A stretch of DNA of 64,000 nucleotides from the human T2T-CHM13v2.0 reference genome, Homo sapiens, in the NCBI RefSeq assembly GCF_009914755.1, contig NC_060932.1, one strand, 5' to 3'. A program made the translations under genes and the position numbers. Below, piece by piece: positions 30,769 to 44,197 of the stretch (the stretch's first letter is position 1; every line of letters begins with the position of its first letter). The notes beneath the pieces are model-generated. The model searched no databases and had not been told where the DNA came from. It saw only the letters and a list, made by a program, of their open reading frames with translations.

Positions 30769-33317
30769 TGTGGAAAATTGTATTTTCCAAAGGTGACCAC
30801 AGCTATATTTCCAACTCCACATGAGGTTGTTGCTACTGAAGAACCTTGCTATTCCCTCATGAAACGGTAGAATCTCTTTTTCTTCCCTTGAAATTGGGTG
30901 GACCTGTCTCACTGTATGGATGTGTATAATATGGCCAAAAAAATGATATGCGACTCCTGAGACTACGCTGTGAAGTGTGATATGGCCTTTCCCTGGCTCT
31001 CTTCTTGGGATGCTCCCCCATAGAATCCAGACCTAATGTTGTGAGGAAACCCAAGCCACCTGGAGACATCCCGTGGAGCAGATATTCTGGTCACCAACCC
31101 CATTAAGGTCTCAACTGACAGCCAGTATCAACTGGGGGATATATAAATGCAAAAGTCTTCATATGACTCTAGTTCCTAACTGTTGCCCCAGCTGATACCA
31201 AATGGTGCAGAGTGAGCTATCTCTGTAAAGCCTTCAGCAAGTTGTGACATCATAATCAAAATTAATGTTACTTTTCTTTTAAGTCACCAAGTTTTGGGGT
31301 CATTTTTAGGTAGCAATAGGTAGCTAATTTTGTTAATTGGGTAGTGTGTTGTTATAACAAATGTAAAACATGTGGTTTTGGGGTCAGCTAGCAGGTGGAA
31401 GCTGTAAGAGCTTTGAGGAAGGTATTAGACAAAGACTATGGGACCGTGAACAAGATTATTAGCAAATCGTTGATGGCCCTCTAGAAGGCTATTGGTAATG
31501 GCTTAAAGATAATGAGGAAAATATTACTGAAACCTGGAGAAAAGCAGACAAAAGGCAAAAAATGTAACCACACCTTGTCTGTGGTAATCTGGAAGATAGA
31601 AAATATACCTAATGAACTGGATGACATAGCTAAGGAGAGTTCTAGGTAGAATACTTAAATTGTCACCTGGTTTCTTCCTACTGAATTTGATAAAATGAGA
31701 GGGGAAAATAGGTTAGCTAAAATGTTTTCATTTAAGTGAAATTGAAAGGAGTTATAAAGCAGCTAGGTCTTACTGAGTTCAAAAATAAAAATGCTTCATA
31801 TTATTAGTTTATCTGAGGTTCTCAAATGACAAAGAACTTCTGAGTAAATATCAAATCCAAGGTGGGAAATGGCGTTATTCTTAATACTTCAGAAGTCTTA
31901 AGGATTGCCTGAGCAATTCACTTAATCAGATAAAGCCCTCTGAAAGTCTAACAGATCTTCTCTATTAAACAGTAGGGCTAAAAATTCTAAGGGTGTTGTA
32001 TATGAGAAGGCTTATAAGAAGCCAAATGTGGAGGAGGATTTACCTCAAAAAGATTGTTGAGTATAACTTGGCTAAATAACAAGATTCATGGAAAACTCAC
32101 TGAATTTTTAAAAGGAATTGTGTGGTTGGAAACATCACCAGCTTAGACAAAAAGAGACAGTGACATTACAAAATGAAAATTAATTTTTAGATCCTTGAAT
32201 CACTATTAACATAAAGCAAGTTGATAAAACTATTCAGCTGCAAACAATAGCCATTGTTTATGGAAAAGAAAGGGTGACTCAGACGGTAATGCCCAGAGCC
32301 TAAAAGTCACAGTGAAGCTATGGAGAATCATTCCCAGGCAGTAGTGCTGAGCCCTAATCAGTGAGCTCAAATATGTGCCTGAATGGATCCCAGAATAATT
32401 ATGAAACTTTGAATACTGTGTTCCTCCCACTTTCTCCTTTTTTGAATAGGAGTATGTACAGCAGTTATCCTATGACCCACCCATCACTGTTTGACTATAT
32501 CAAAGACTATATCAAAGACAAAGAATATGTCCCTTTTAATTCACTGGTCTATAGACTGAGAACTCTATTTAACAAGTTTTACCAAGGGAAACACACATGA
32601 AAAAATTTATTCACACCTAGACCTGATCTAGTTGACAAAATCCTGGTCCTTGAGCATAAAACTGATGCTATAATGGATGAGATTTTGGATTTCCTTGGAG
32701 GAAAAGTGTGATTGTATCAATATTTTGCATGTGATGATGCAGTGAATTATGCTTAGAGTAAGGATAATAATAGATGGAACTTTATAGCAGCAACACTTAC
32801 TGCAACATTTCTTTTCCAACGCACTCTTCTAGAGTCTTGCCACTACACTAATTTTTTTTTAAAAAAGAAAAGAAGAAGGTTTTTCCTCCTTCCTTTGAAT
32901 TTGGAAAGGACTTTGTAGCTACTTGCATAAATAGAATGCAGCAGAAGTGACTATGCATGACCTCTAAGGCTGAATCATAAAAGGTAATATGACCTCCATC
33001 TGGCTCTCCTGGATAATTACCCTTGAAATCCAGCCACCACGTACTGAGGAATGTGTCAGGCCATATGGAGAAGATGTGGTATTTTTGCCCATAGCCTCAT
33101 ACAGGGTCTTAAATACCAGAAATGTGAGAAAATGAAATTTCAGATTATTTCAGCCCCCAGCCTTCAAACTGCTGCAGCTAATACTAAAAGAATTAAGGAT
33201 GAGTTATCACTACTGAGCCCCACCGAAATAGGAGTTCAGCAAGCAGAATATTAATAATCATTGTTGCTTTAAGCCACTGGGTTTGGGTGGTTTGTTACAC
33301 ACATTAATAATAGAACA
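30769..33317 (+). mobile_element. MLT1H-like MaLR element: 5'LTR (~30769-31328), internal region, 3'LTR (~32783-33317)
   Basis: Two homologous LTRs (cccttgaaattgggtggac / cctttgaatttggaaaggac; ttttaagtcaccaagttttgggg / tttaagccactgggtttgggt) flank about 1.45 kb of MLT1-int-like sequence. Confidence 0.8.
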
Positions 33318-33408
33318 AGAATAAGGAAAGGCAGCACAGCAAATACAGGACAATGGGATGGAAGAATAGATTGAAGTAGGGAGAAATTAATTGAAAGTCG
33401 GTCTGGAG

Positions 33409-33593
33409 CAATGGTTATCAAAGTGTGGATCCATAACATGCAACCAGCTGAAAACTTATTAAAAGGCAAATTCCTAGACCATGCCCACACATACTGAGTC
33501 AAACACTCTGGAGTACATATGGCTACTTTGTATTAGCCACGCCAGATAACCTTCCAGATAGTTCTAATTCAAACTAAAGTTTGAGAACCAGGG
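33409..33593 (+). mobile_element. MER5-type hAT-Charlie MITE
   Basis: TIRs caatggttatcaaagt / agtttgagaaccaggg; degraded 8-bp TSD gtctggag / ggctggaa. Confidence 0.8.
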
Positions 33594-33699
33594 GGCTGGA
33601 AATTGCCTGTGAGTTCCCTCTGCAGTTACTGGAAGATAATTCATTAAAATCCCACTAACACTCATCTGAATGTATTGTCTAGAAAGAACTAAGTCTGCT

Positions 33700-34370
33700 A
33701 GTATGTGAGTTAGTGTCACAGAGTAAAACCATTTTCATTCCTGCTCATCGATATGCTTCTATTATATGCAGACTTTCCAGGAAGCCTTCCATTTCCATTT
33801 CAGAGGAGATACTTACAGGGAATAGCCATCCCACATACACAGTAATAAAGGAAACCCACACCAGTTGCCCAGAGAAATCAATTAAAACTTGAATTCTGTA
33901 AATATGAATGGTCAGTGAAGGATAATAATTTCCCTTGATAAAAGGAAATGTAAAAAGAGCAGCTTACCCCAGATAAATGGAGATAATTCAGGAAAAGAAG
34001 AGAACTTATTAAAAACTTGGTATAGCCTCAAAGAGATTTAAGAAATAGCACACCTACAAAAGCAAGAATAAGATGCCTCAAAATAGAAAAATTCAGAGAC
34101 ACTAAGTGTATTTTTGAAATTTATGAAAAATAAATATCTAAAATTTCAAAACAATGAGTTAACTATAAAATTAATAATATATGGCCAAATGGGGGTAAAA
34201 ATAGCAGAACGGTTAAAAAAAACAGAGAAAATATTAAAAACATAAATTCTCAATAATGGGTATCTAATATTTAATGTATAAGAATTCAAAAAGAGTAAAA
34301 CATAAAATATAAGTAAAAAATATGAAAAAGTTTAAAGATACTGTATCAGCTTCATCTGAAAGAGAAAGAG
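33700..34370 (+). mobile_element. Old L1M ORF1-region fragment
   Basis: A-rich ctcaaagagatttaagaaatagcac...aaaagcaagaataagatgc pattern of old L1 ORF1. Confidence 0.5.
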
Positions 34371-34399
34371 ACAGTCAAAAATTTTTTTAAAAATGTGTT

Positions 34400-35451
34400 G
34401 TATTTCCAAACTTATTTGGGCAGGGACAAGACTGAAAACACTTCTCAGCTAAAACAATCCATTTATTATGGGAAAGGTAGGACTCAGAGAGCTGAATCAA
34501 ATCTTCGGAAAACACAGCCAGAAGCTAAGTAGATTCCTTCTCAGGAAGCAGATTTGGGTTTTAATCAAGACTGTGATGATACGTGTCTGGCTGGATTTCA
34601 GTTTCTATTGGCAACTGAATTCTACATGTCTCCTGGTCTTTCTCCTTTTAAAGAAAAGTGTCTGTTGTGATTATTTGATGCCTGTTTCACCATAATGTGT
34701 TCAAATGTAGGGGGCAGGAAACTTGTCTATTTACTTCACAGGTCAACAGAGAGAAAAATCGCACTCTAGGAGCACCATCTGTACCTAGACCTGGTTTAGG
34801 TGATGGTAAACTAAACTTCAGGCCAATATCATACTGTGCTAATGTATTTAGGATCTTGGGAGTGGGCAGGATTTTGTACATGAAAAGAATGTAAATAATT
34901 TGTGGTCAGAGTTTGGCCTATAGTACATTAAAGTTAATTGCAAGTCTTTTGCTCTTTTGGATTATCTCTAATTAAAAAAAGGTCTATGTTTCCTTGCCTT
35001 TAATCTGGGAAAGCTCTGTGACTACTTGACCTATAGAAGACGTTAGAACTGAAGCTTTGCCGGTTTCCAGACCTTGACCTTGAAAGGCTGGCAGTTTCTA
35101 CTTTCTGCTTCTTGGATCACATTCTTGGAGGAGGCAGCTGACACTCTGTGGGAAATCAAAGGATTCCCATGGACAGGCCTATGTGGAGACAATCAGAAGT
35201 CTCTGGCCAACAGCCCCCCACTAGGTTCACAGGTGACAACTAATACAAATTGCCAGCCATGAAGGAAGCCACTTTAGAAGTGGATCCTTAGCCCCAGTTA
35301 AGCCACTTCAGGTGATGCTGTGTACATCAGAAATTAACCATCCATGCTAAACCCTGCAAAAATGCAGATTTGTACACAAACAAATGATAGCTGTTTTTTA
35401 AGTCACTAAATTTTAGCATGATGTTTTATGCATCAGTAAGTAACCAGAACA
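34400..35451 (+). mobile_element. MLT1G-like internal 3' part (~34400-34918) plus LTR (34919-35451)
   Basis: Internal part is homologous to 32200-32780 in this window; LTR ends ttttaagtcactaaatttt...taaccagaaca. Confidence 0.75.
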
Positions 35452-35737
35452 AAATATTTGGTACTATAATTCTTTATGCAGTAATTTGGTACTGTAATTT
35501 GGTATGCAATAATAATAGGTACAATATATACTTGTGAAACTTCAGAATAAAACATTAAAATATATCATGTTTATATATATTTATATGTAATAAGAAAGTG
35601 AAAAGTCAAGAAATTTACAGAGAAATAAGATCAAATTGACATTAGACTTTTCTTCAGTAGATGATAGAACACATTAGAGTAATGCCTTTTGAGTTCTGAA
35701 GGAATAATTTTGATTCGAGAAGATAATTTTTTTAAAG

Positions 35738-35860
35738 TATATATACAGGAGTGTGTATGTGTGTATATGTGTGTATATATGTGTGTATATATATATACAC
35801 ACACACATACATATACATATATATACACATACATATACACATACAGATATATGTATGTGT
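35738..35860. repeat. Compound (TG/TA/CA)n microsatellite
   Basis: Alternating purine-pyrimidine tract seen directly. Confidence 0.9.
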
Positions 35861-37304
35861 TCTCTTAACAGAAACTAAATGGTTATAATACATGATATAT
35901 AATCAATTAAGATATCATTTTACCACATTAAAAATTTATTGTTTTGTTTTTGGTTTTTTATTAGTACAACAGGCTATGAATTTTTCAGAGCTTCCTTGTA
36001 TATTTTATAGTATTTTCCTTACAGATCTATGTTCTGTAACGATAATAAATGAAATTTTACTTAAAAATTCAACTAGGGATGAAGTGAGCACAGCGGTTAG
36101 AATTGGGAAAGGATTACAATTCCCTCAAACTGTAACTATTCCTTTCCCTACTTGCCAAGTTTTTGATTATTCAGAAAATAACATGAAGTACAGCATCCCT
36201 ATCAATGTTGGAGAGAGCTCATTTCTGAGCTTTCCCTTTGGTTAAGCCAAAGCACAGCTGCCTAAAATACATCTAATTACGGCAGTAATTAAAGTTCTTA
36301 CCTTACCTGTGTAGTCAAGGACACAAGGACTTCTAATGGGAACAAATCTAGATATAAAGGCTTGCTGTCAATTAGCCCTGATGGTTTGAAAAAATAATGA
36401 AGGAGAATGAGGGTTGAGTTACAGCTCCGTACAAAACAAATAGAGTAATTCAGTACCTCTTTCTTTTCCTGGATCCAACGCAAAAGTTTGGGAGAAGAAA
36501 GACAAGAAGATTATCTAGGTAATATGATCTTAAGAATATCAGTGGATAATGGTGTCCTCCGTCAACTTTGTGCTAGTGCTTACCTCTAACAAAAGATGGG
36601 ACTGCTACAAATACAAGCCCTTAAATCTGGAAACAACAAAACTGTTCAGGCTCTTGTCACAGATTCTGTCAATAGAATGAAGACCAAAAAAAGGAGAAAA
36701 GAAATGTAATTCGGCTGTTGGCAGTGTTTTCTGCTCCACCCTCTCTGAGCAAAACTGTCTTTCCTGATGAGCCTTTCACAAGCTGACGATATATTTGGAA
36801 TATGTTTTTCCTTGGTTAAAAAAATATCGTTTTTCTGTTTTGATAAGGAAATAATTATAATAAATTGTGAGAGAGCTAAATTATGTAATGGGAATTGCTA
36901 AGGTATTCTTTAAAAAATAAGTCTTGGAAAATCTCTTTCATCCATAGCATATCTTGACTGTATTACATATTAACCTTTAAAACACAGATATCATATGTAT
37001 TATTTGAAATGTTGTTGTTTCTATGCTCTCCCAAATTTGCCGCTAGATGCAGAAGGTAATCTAAACACCTGTCTTCTTATAGATTATAAAGTCTTTGAGA
37101 TAATATTATGGACGAATCCCAGAGACTCTGTGACCAGTAAAATGTAAATTTTCAATCTGTATTTTGATCTTGTATCTAATGTGAACTTCAATTTTGCTTT
37201 AATTATACTAAATACCTATTCTATTAATTATAATGAATATCAAGCATGTCATTACAAATAATTATGTATGCTTTATGCATCTCATATTTAAGATTTGTTC
37301 TCAA

Positions 37305-37577
37305 ATTGTATTTTAGGTGCAGAAGATATATCATATACAATTTTGTTACATGGGTAAATTGTGTGTTGCTGAGGTTTGATGTATAAATGATTCCATTACC
37401 CAGGTAGTGGGTATACTACCTCATAGGTAGTTTTTCAACTCTTACCCCATTCCTACCCTCTCCCTTCTAGTAGCCTCATGCCCAGTATCTATTGTTTTCA
37501 TCTTTATGTTCATGTATACTCAATGCTTAGCTCCCACTTGTAAGTGAGAACATGTGGTATTTGGTTTTCCGTTCCTT
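37305..37577 (-). mobile_element. L1PA15/16-like 3' end fragment
   Basis: ttgttacatgggtaaattgtgtgttgctgaggtttg...ttagctcccacttgtaagtgagaacatgtggtatttggttttc. Confidence 0.85.
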
Positions 37578-37979
37578 ATGCTATATTCATGTTTTGTTCT
37601 TTTCCTATTTTCTCACTTATTCATACAGAGGGACATGCATTTATTGTGACGGTTAGTTTCACCAATTTGGCTAGGCTATGGTATGCAGTTATTTAATCAA
37701 ACACTAATATAGGTTTTGCTGTGAAGATATTTTGTACATGTGGTTGTGATTTACAATCAGTTGACTTTAAGTAAAGGAGATTGTCCTTGATAATTTGAGT
37801 GGGACCTCATCCAAACCATGGAAGACCTTAAGAACAAATATTTGGGTTTTCCAGAGAAGAAGAAATTTTGCCTCAATACTGCAGCATTAACTCCTGCCCT
37901 CTGAATTTTCTACGGATCTCAGCCTTGGCAGTTTCCACAATCTCATGAGTTGACTTTTTAAGATAAATCTATAAATATA

Positions 37980-39559
<1,580 letters not shown>

Positions 39560-42019
39560 TGTGTGTTTGTGGTGTGATGTGTGTGTGTGTGTGTGCGCAC
39601 ACACACTTTCCTGAAGAATGATGCTAATATATAAATTTAAGACTTATGGAATATATATGAAATTTTATAATTTCAGGGAATATTATGAGTTTTTGTCTCT
39701 ATGTTTGTCATTTATTGCTTTATGTTTTAATACCACATCTTTGAAGTCAGTAATAGAAATGCAAATATGTACTTTGAAACTATCTAGAAAATTATTTTAA
39801 AAGATCAATATGAAAAGCTCATAAATTATACATTTTACCATATCAGTTAGGGGAATGATTTCAATTTCTTTCACAGTATCATTAAACATTGAGTTGAGTT
39901 TACTTAGACAATGCTTTTGAAAACAGATCATCTTTATTGGTTTACAATTTAGAGCAATGAAAGGTACTAAAAGTTTAAAAGTATTCAAGCTGTTTCTTTT
40001 CTATTTCTCAAATTAATATCGGCCAGTAAACTGGAATAAACACATACAGCATCAGTATATCTAAGTACATAGATTTTCCAACCATAATTTTCAACTTGTG
40101 TGAAAGAATATTAGGGCTTTAAGTATTATCAATATATTATCTAATTTGGAAAGAGGATGCCAATTATCGTGGATTGCAAGAGAAATGGTAGATCTTCATA
40201 TTGTATAAATGTTGAAGCTGAATCCAGCATCAGATGGGAATGATTAGGATGTCTGGTATAGACATAGTTTGGAAGTTTGGGTAAAGTCAGGTAATAGTAC
40301 TTGTCTAAGATATTTGACAGAACTGGGCAAATCTATTCTAAAGTAATTAATCATTAAAACCATTTTATACTTTTCCTAAATAATCTAAATATGTTGAATT
40401 CTTATCCAAATAGAAGCATTTCAAAATAAGCAAATACTGTCACTTATGCAGAAAATAACTCTACATTAAAAGATAAGAAGAAAAGTATTGTATAAATTCT
40501 AAGACCTTAGAATCGGTCCTTCTATTGCTAATGTACCCTTAGTCCCAACTCACTTCTCTAATAACTTTAAAGAATAATTACACTAAACATCAGTATTGCC
40601 CTTGCATTAAAAAAAATTTAAATTCAAGACACATTATTTTGTGTTTGTATATTGCCTCATAATTGGTTGGTTATTTACGTATCTACAATGCCTACAAACT
40701 AAAACATACTTTGAGGTAAATGTCTATCCCAGTTCACCATAGTTCTTGGTATTGAAACTCATTCGATTAACAAAAACATCATAAGTATTAGAAAGATATG
40801 TATTGTAAGAACATGGAAAATATATATGTATAGTGGGAATATATGTGTATGTGTGAGCGTGTATACATAGATTTTCCAGTTATAATTTTACGATATATGG
40901 TGAAATTATATATATATTATATATTATATATATATTTATAATATATACATTTGTCCACCATATATGTAGATTATATTTTTGAATCTCCAGGTTGTTTACT
41001 ATTGTCTTCAAAAATGTGTGTCTACCATACATGATATATATTATATATATGGTAGGAAATTTTTGTCTACTATCTATATTATATGTTTATATATTATGTT
41101 ATAAAACATAAAGTGTATATTACAATATATATTATTACCATATATATTATGAAATTTATAATAGTAACCAACCTGAAGATTCAAAAACAAATGGAGCTTC
41201 CCAGTTAATACTTTTGATGACATTGTGGGACAGTACGTCTTCAGCAGAATACATAAAATAATGATTGTGTTATTATCATTTTAATTTCTGTTGTTTTATT
41301 TTTCTTAGAAAATAGATAATTAAGAAATATAATGGGTGACACATCTTACAAGTTTTCCTGAAATGCCAATATAATCATGTCATTTCTACCAGTATAAAAA
41401 GTTCTGATAGTTTTCTATTACACACTGGCTCAGGTTTAAACTTTTCTGATAATGTTTAAGGCTTCCCAGAGTATGCCCAACTCTATCTATCCATATTATT
41501 TCCTCATAATTCATGATATTATTTTCCCTTTGCGTTCAGCAGGTTTATCATCTTGCTTATTTCTTGGAACTTTTCACTTTTCTTCCACTTATAAAGCCTT
41601 TACTCTCTGTTCTCCTGCCACTTGTGTCTTTCCATATCCTCTTTGCTCTTCAAAGCCCAGCTTAAAATTTTGCCTAAACATAGCACTCAGTCAGCAAATA
41701 ATTGTTGATTGTTTATATGAAAGAATAAAACTACACAAAAAATGACTCAGACTACAAACTATAGGCAAGTGAGTTATGAATGATGGAGGTGTTCACTGCA
41801 TTGAGAAAATAATAAAATATGGCATAAAACCTATAACAAGTATTAGCTATATTATGTAATCTTTGTTGGCAAAATTTCATATCTAATGAAATAATAAAAC
41901 CCATAATGGTCTAATAATTTTAAAAATAGGGAAAGCTATAATATTATAACAAAATTAATAATACAGAATGTCTATATTTAGCCAAGAATTTTCTCTTGAT
42001 AGCTTCAATTATTCCACGT

Positions 42020-42175
42020 TTTATTCTCTACCTCCTGTCCATGATATGGACCCATTACCAAATGACCTTGTTCAGGAAAGAGACTGTACCTTATTCTTCA
42101 CTGGATACCAAGCACCTAACATTGGGTCTAACCATGTTAGACACTCAACAGATATTTGTGAAATAAATAAATTAT
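42020..42175 (+). mobile_element. L2 3' end (other L2 pieces lie at ~41400-41720)
   Basis: agagactgtaccttattcttcactgg...agcacctaaca...cactcaacagatatttgtgaaataaataaat. Confidence 0.7.
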
Positions 42176-43922
42176 TACATTTTGTTTTCTATGCATTGCA
42201 GTGTTTTCAAATATGACTTTTTTTTTTACTTTCTTCTATTCCTCATTTGCATATCTACTTCCCTTTTACCAGTTCACAAATTGGAATTTTTCTTTGATTT
42301 TTCCCCAAGTTTGGATGATGTTGGTTGTCCTTGCCCTGCTATTTTCATTCTTTATGCTGTTTGTGCTTTCGATCTTACTATTTTCCTAAATGATAAAGCA
42401 TTCATAGCTTTATTTACTTGTTCAAATCTTACACTTCCTTAAAGGCCCCACTCATTCCTTTGAGAACTTTAATAATTATACTAAACACCAATCTTACTTT
42501 ATATATTTTTTAAAAATCTTAAACTCAAGACCCAATATTTTTCTTTATATATTGCTTATTTTTTGGCAATTTTACATATTATTTCCTACCAAATGAAAAA
42601 TAATGTCCTCCAACATTATATTATTTATTTTATTATCTACAGTGCCTACAAAACATATAGAGCCAATATTCATTACATTATCCTTGAGTAAACCTAAACA
42701 AGACCTTGGTCAATAAAAATTACTACATCCTAATTATTAGAAAATGGTGCACCATGACCTGTGTTTGGTGGCTGTAAGTACCGGCAGAAATTATGACTTA
42801 TAGTGAGCATTTTTTTTTGCAATAATAATGAACAAAATGGGTTTAAGATTAGAAACAAACAAAATCATGTGATTAATTTAAAAATATTAACTAGAATTAA
42901 ATACCCTTAATTGCTTGAAGAAACCTGAAAAGATTGTTAAAGTAAATATGAAACATACATATTTTTTAATAAAAATGTATGAAAAATAAAGGGACTGGTT
43001 ATTATATTGAGAAGTATGTAATATAGAAGTTTTTAAATGTTTTGGTCTCAAACCCTCTGCACACTGTGAAAAAATATGGAGCGCTTCAATGAATTTTTGT
43101 TTTTGTGAGTTATATTTACTGATGGACACCATTAAAAATAAAAGCATGCATTTAAAAATATTTATTTCTTAATTTGTTTTAAAATAACCATGATAAGCTC
43201 ATTTTATGTTATTATAAATGATATACTTTGTTTTTAAAAGTAGCTGTAGTCTCATTTTTACAATTTTGATTACATTTTTATTTTTTACATTTTTAAATTT
43301 CTTTAATATCTGGCTTAATAGATGACAGCTGGATTCTTATATCTTTTCAGCACTCAATCTGCTGTGATATTATCACACATTACATAGGATCTGACAAACT
43401 CACTGTATATTTGCTAGAAAAATAGTGAAAAAAAGGTAAATCACCTCTAGTGTTATTATGAAAATTTTTTATAGCTGGAAAAAAAATCAAGAAAACAATC
43501 TCATCTACAATAGCCACAATAAATAAGTAAATAAACAATATACCTGGGAATTAATCAGCAGCATGATAGAGCTCTAAAAGAAAAGCTATAAAACACTGAT
43601 AAGAGAAACTGAAGAGGATACCACAATACAGAAAGACACACCATGTTTAGAGATTGAAAAAAATAATATTGTTAAAATGACCCAAAGCAATCTTGCAATT
43701 AAATATAACATTCTTTACAGAAATAGAAAAAAAATTATAGAATTTGTATGAAACCACATAAGACCCTGATTAGCCAAAGTAATTTTGAGCAAAAATAACA
43801 GAGCTGGGGCATCACACTACTTGACTTCAAAACATACTACAAAACTGTAGAAACCAAAACAGCGTGGTACTGGAATAAAAACAAACAAACTAAAATGCAG
43901 TGTGTGTGTATATATATATACA

Positions 43923-44134
43923 CTTCCATAAGAAAGGCTAAGCATCTCAGAGAAGAAAGAAAAACACAGTGTGTCTGCAGATGTTTTACCTGAAAATGTT
44001 TCTCTTTTGGTTTTGAAAGCGTGCTTCCTTGCTATTTGTTCTCCTATAAGAGAATAGGAAACTATTGCTCCTCAAAGTCTTGAAAGTTTTGCTGAATCTC
44101 ACCATTGTTGCAGTATCCACTAAAAAAAAAAAAA
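43923..44134 (-). repeat. Inverted copy of 45218-45428 (about 210 bp)
   Basis: Reverse-complement match with about 4 substitutions, one 2-bp indel and A13 versus T14, by eye. Confidence 0.97.
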
Positions 44135-44157
44135 GTACTACTAATCTACTAAAAAAA

Positions 44158-44160
<3 letters not shown>

Positions 44161-44194
<34 letters not shown>
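44161..44194. repeat. (TA)17 microsatellite
   Basis: Seen directly. Confidence 0.95.
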
Positions 44195-44197
<3 letters not shown>

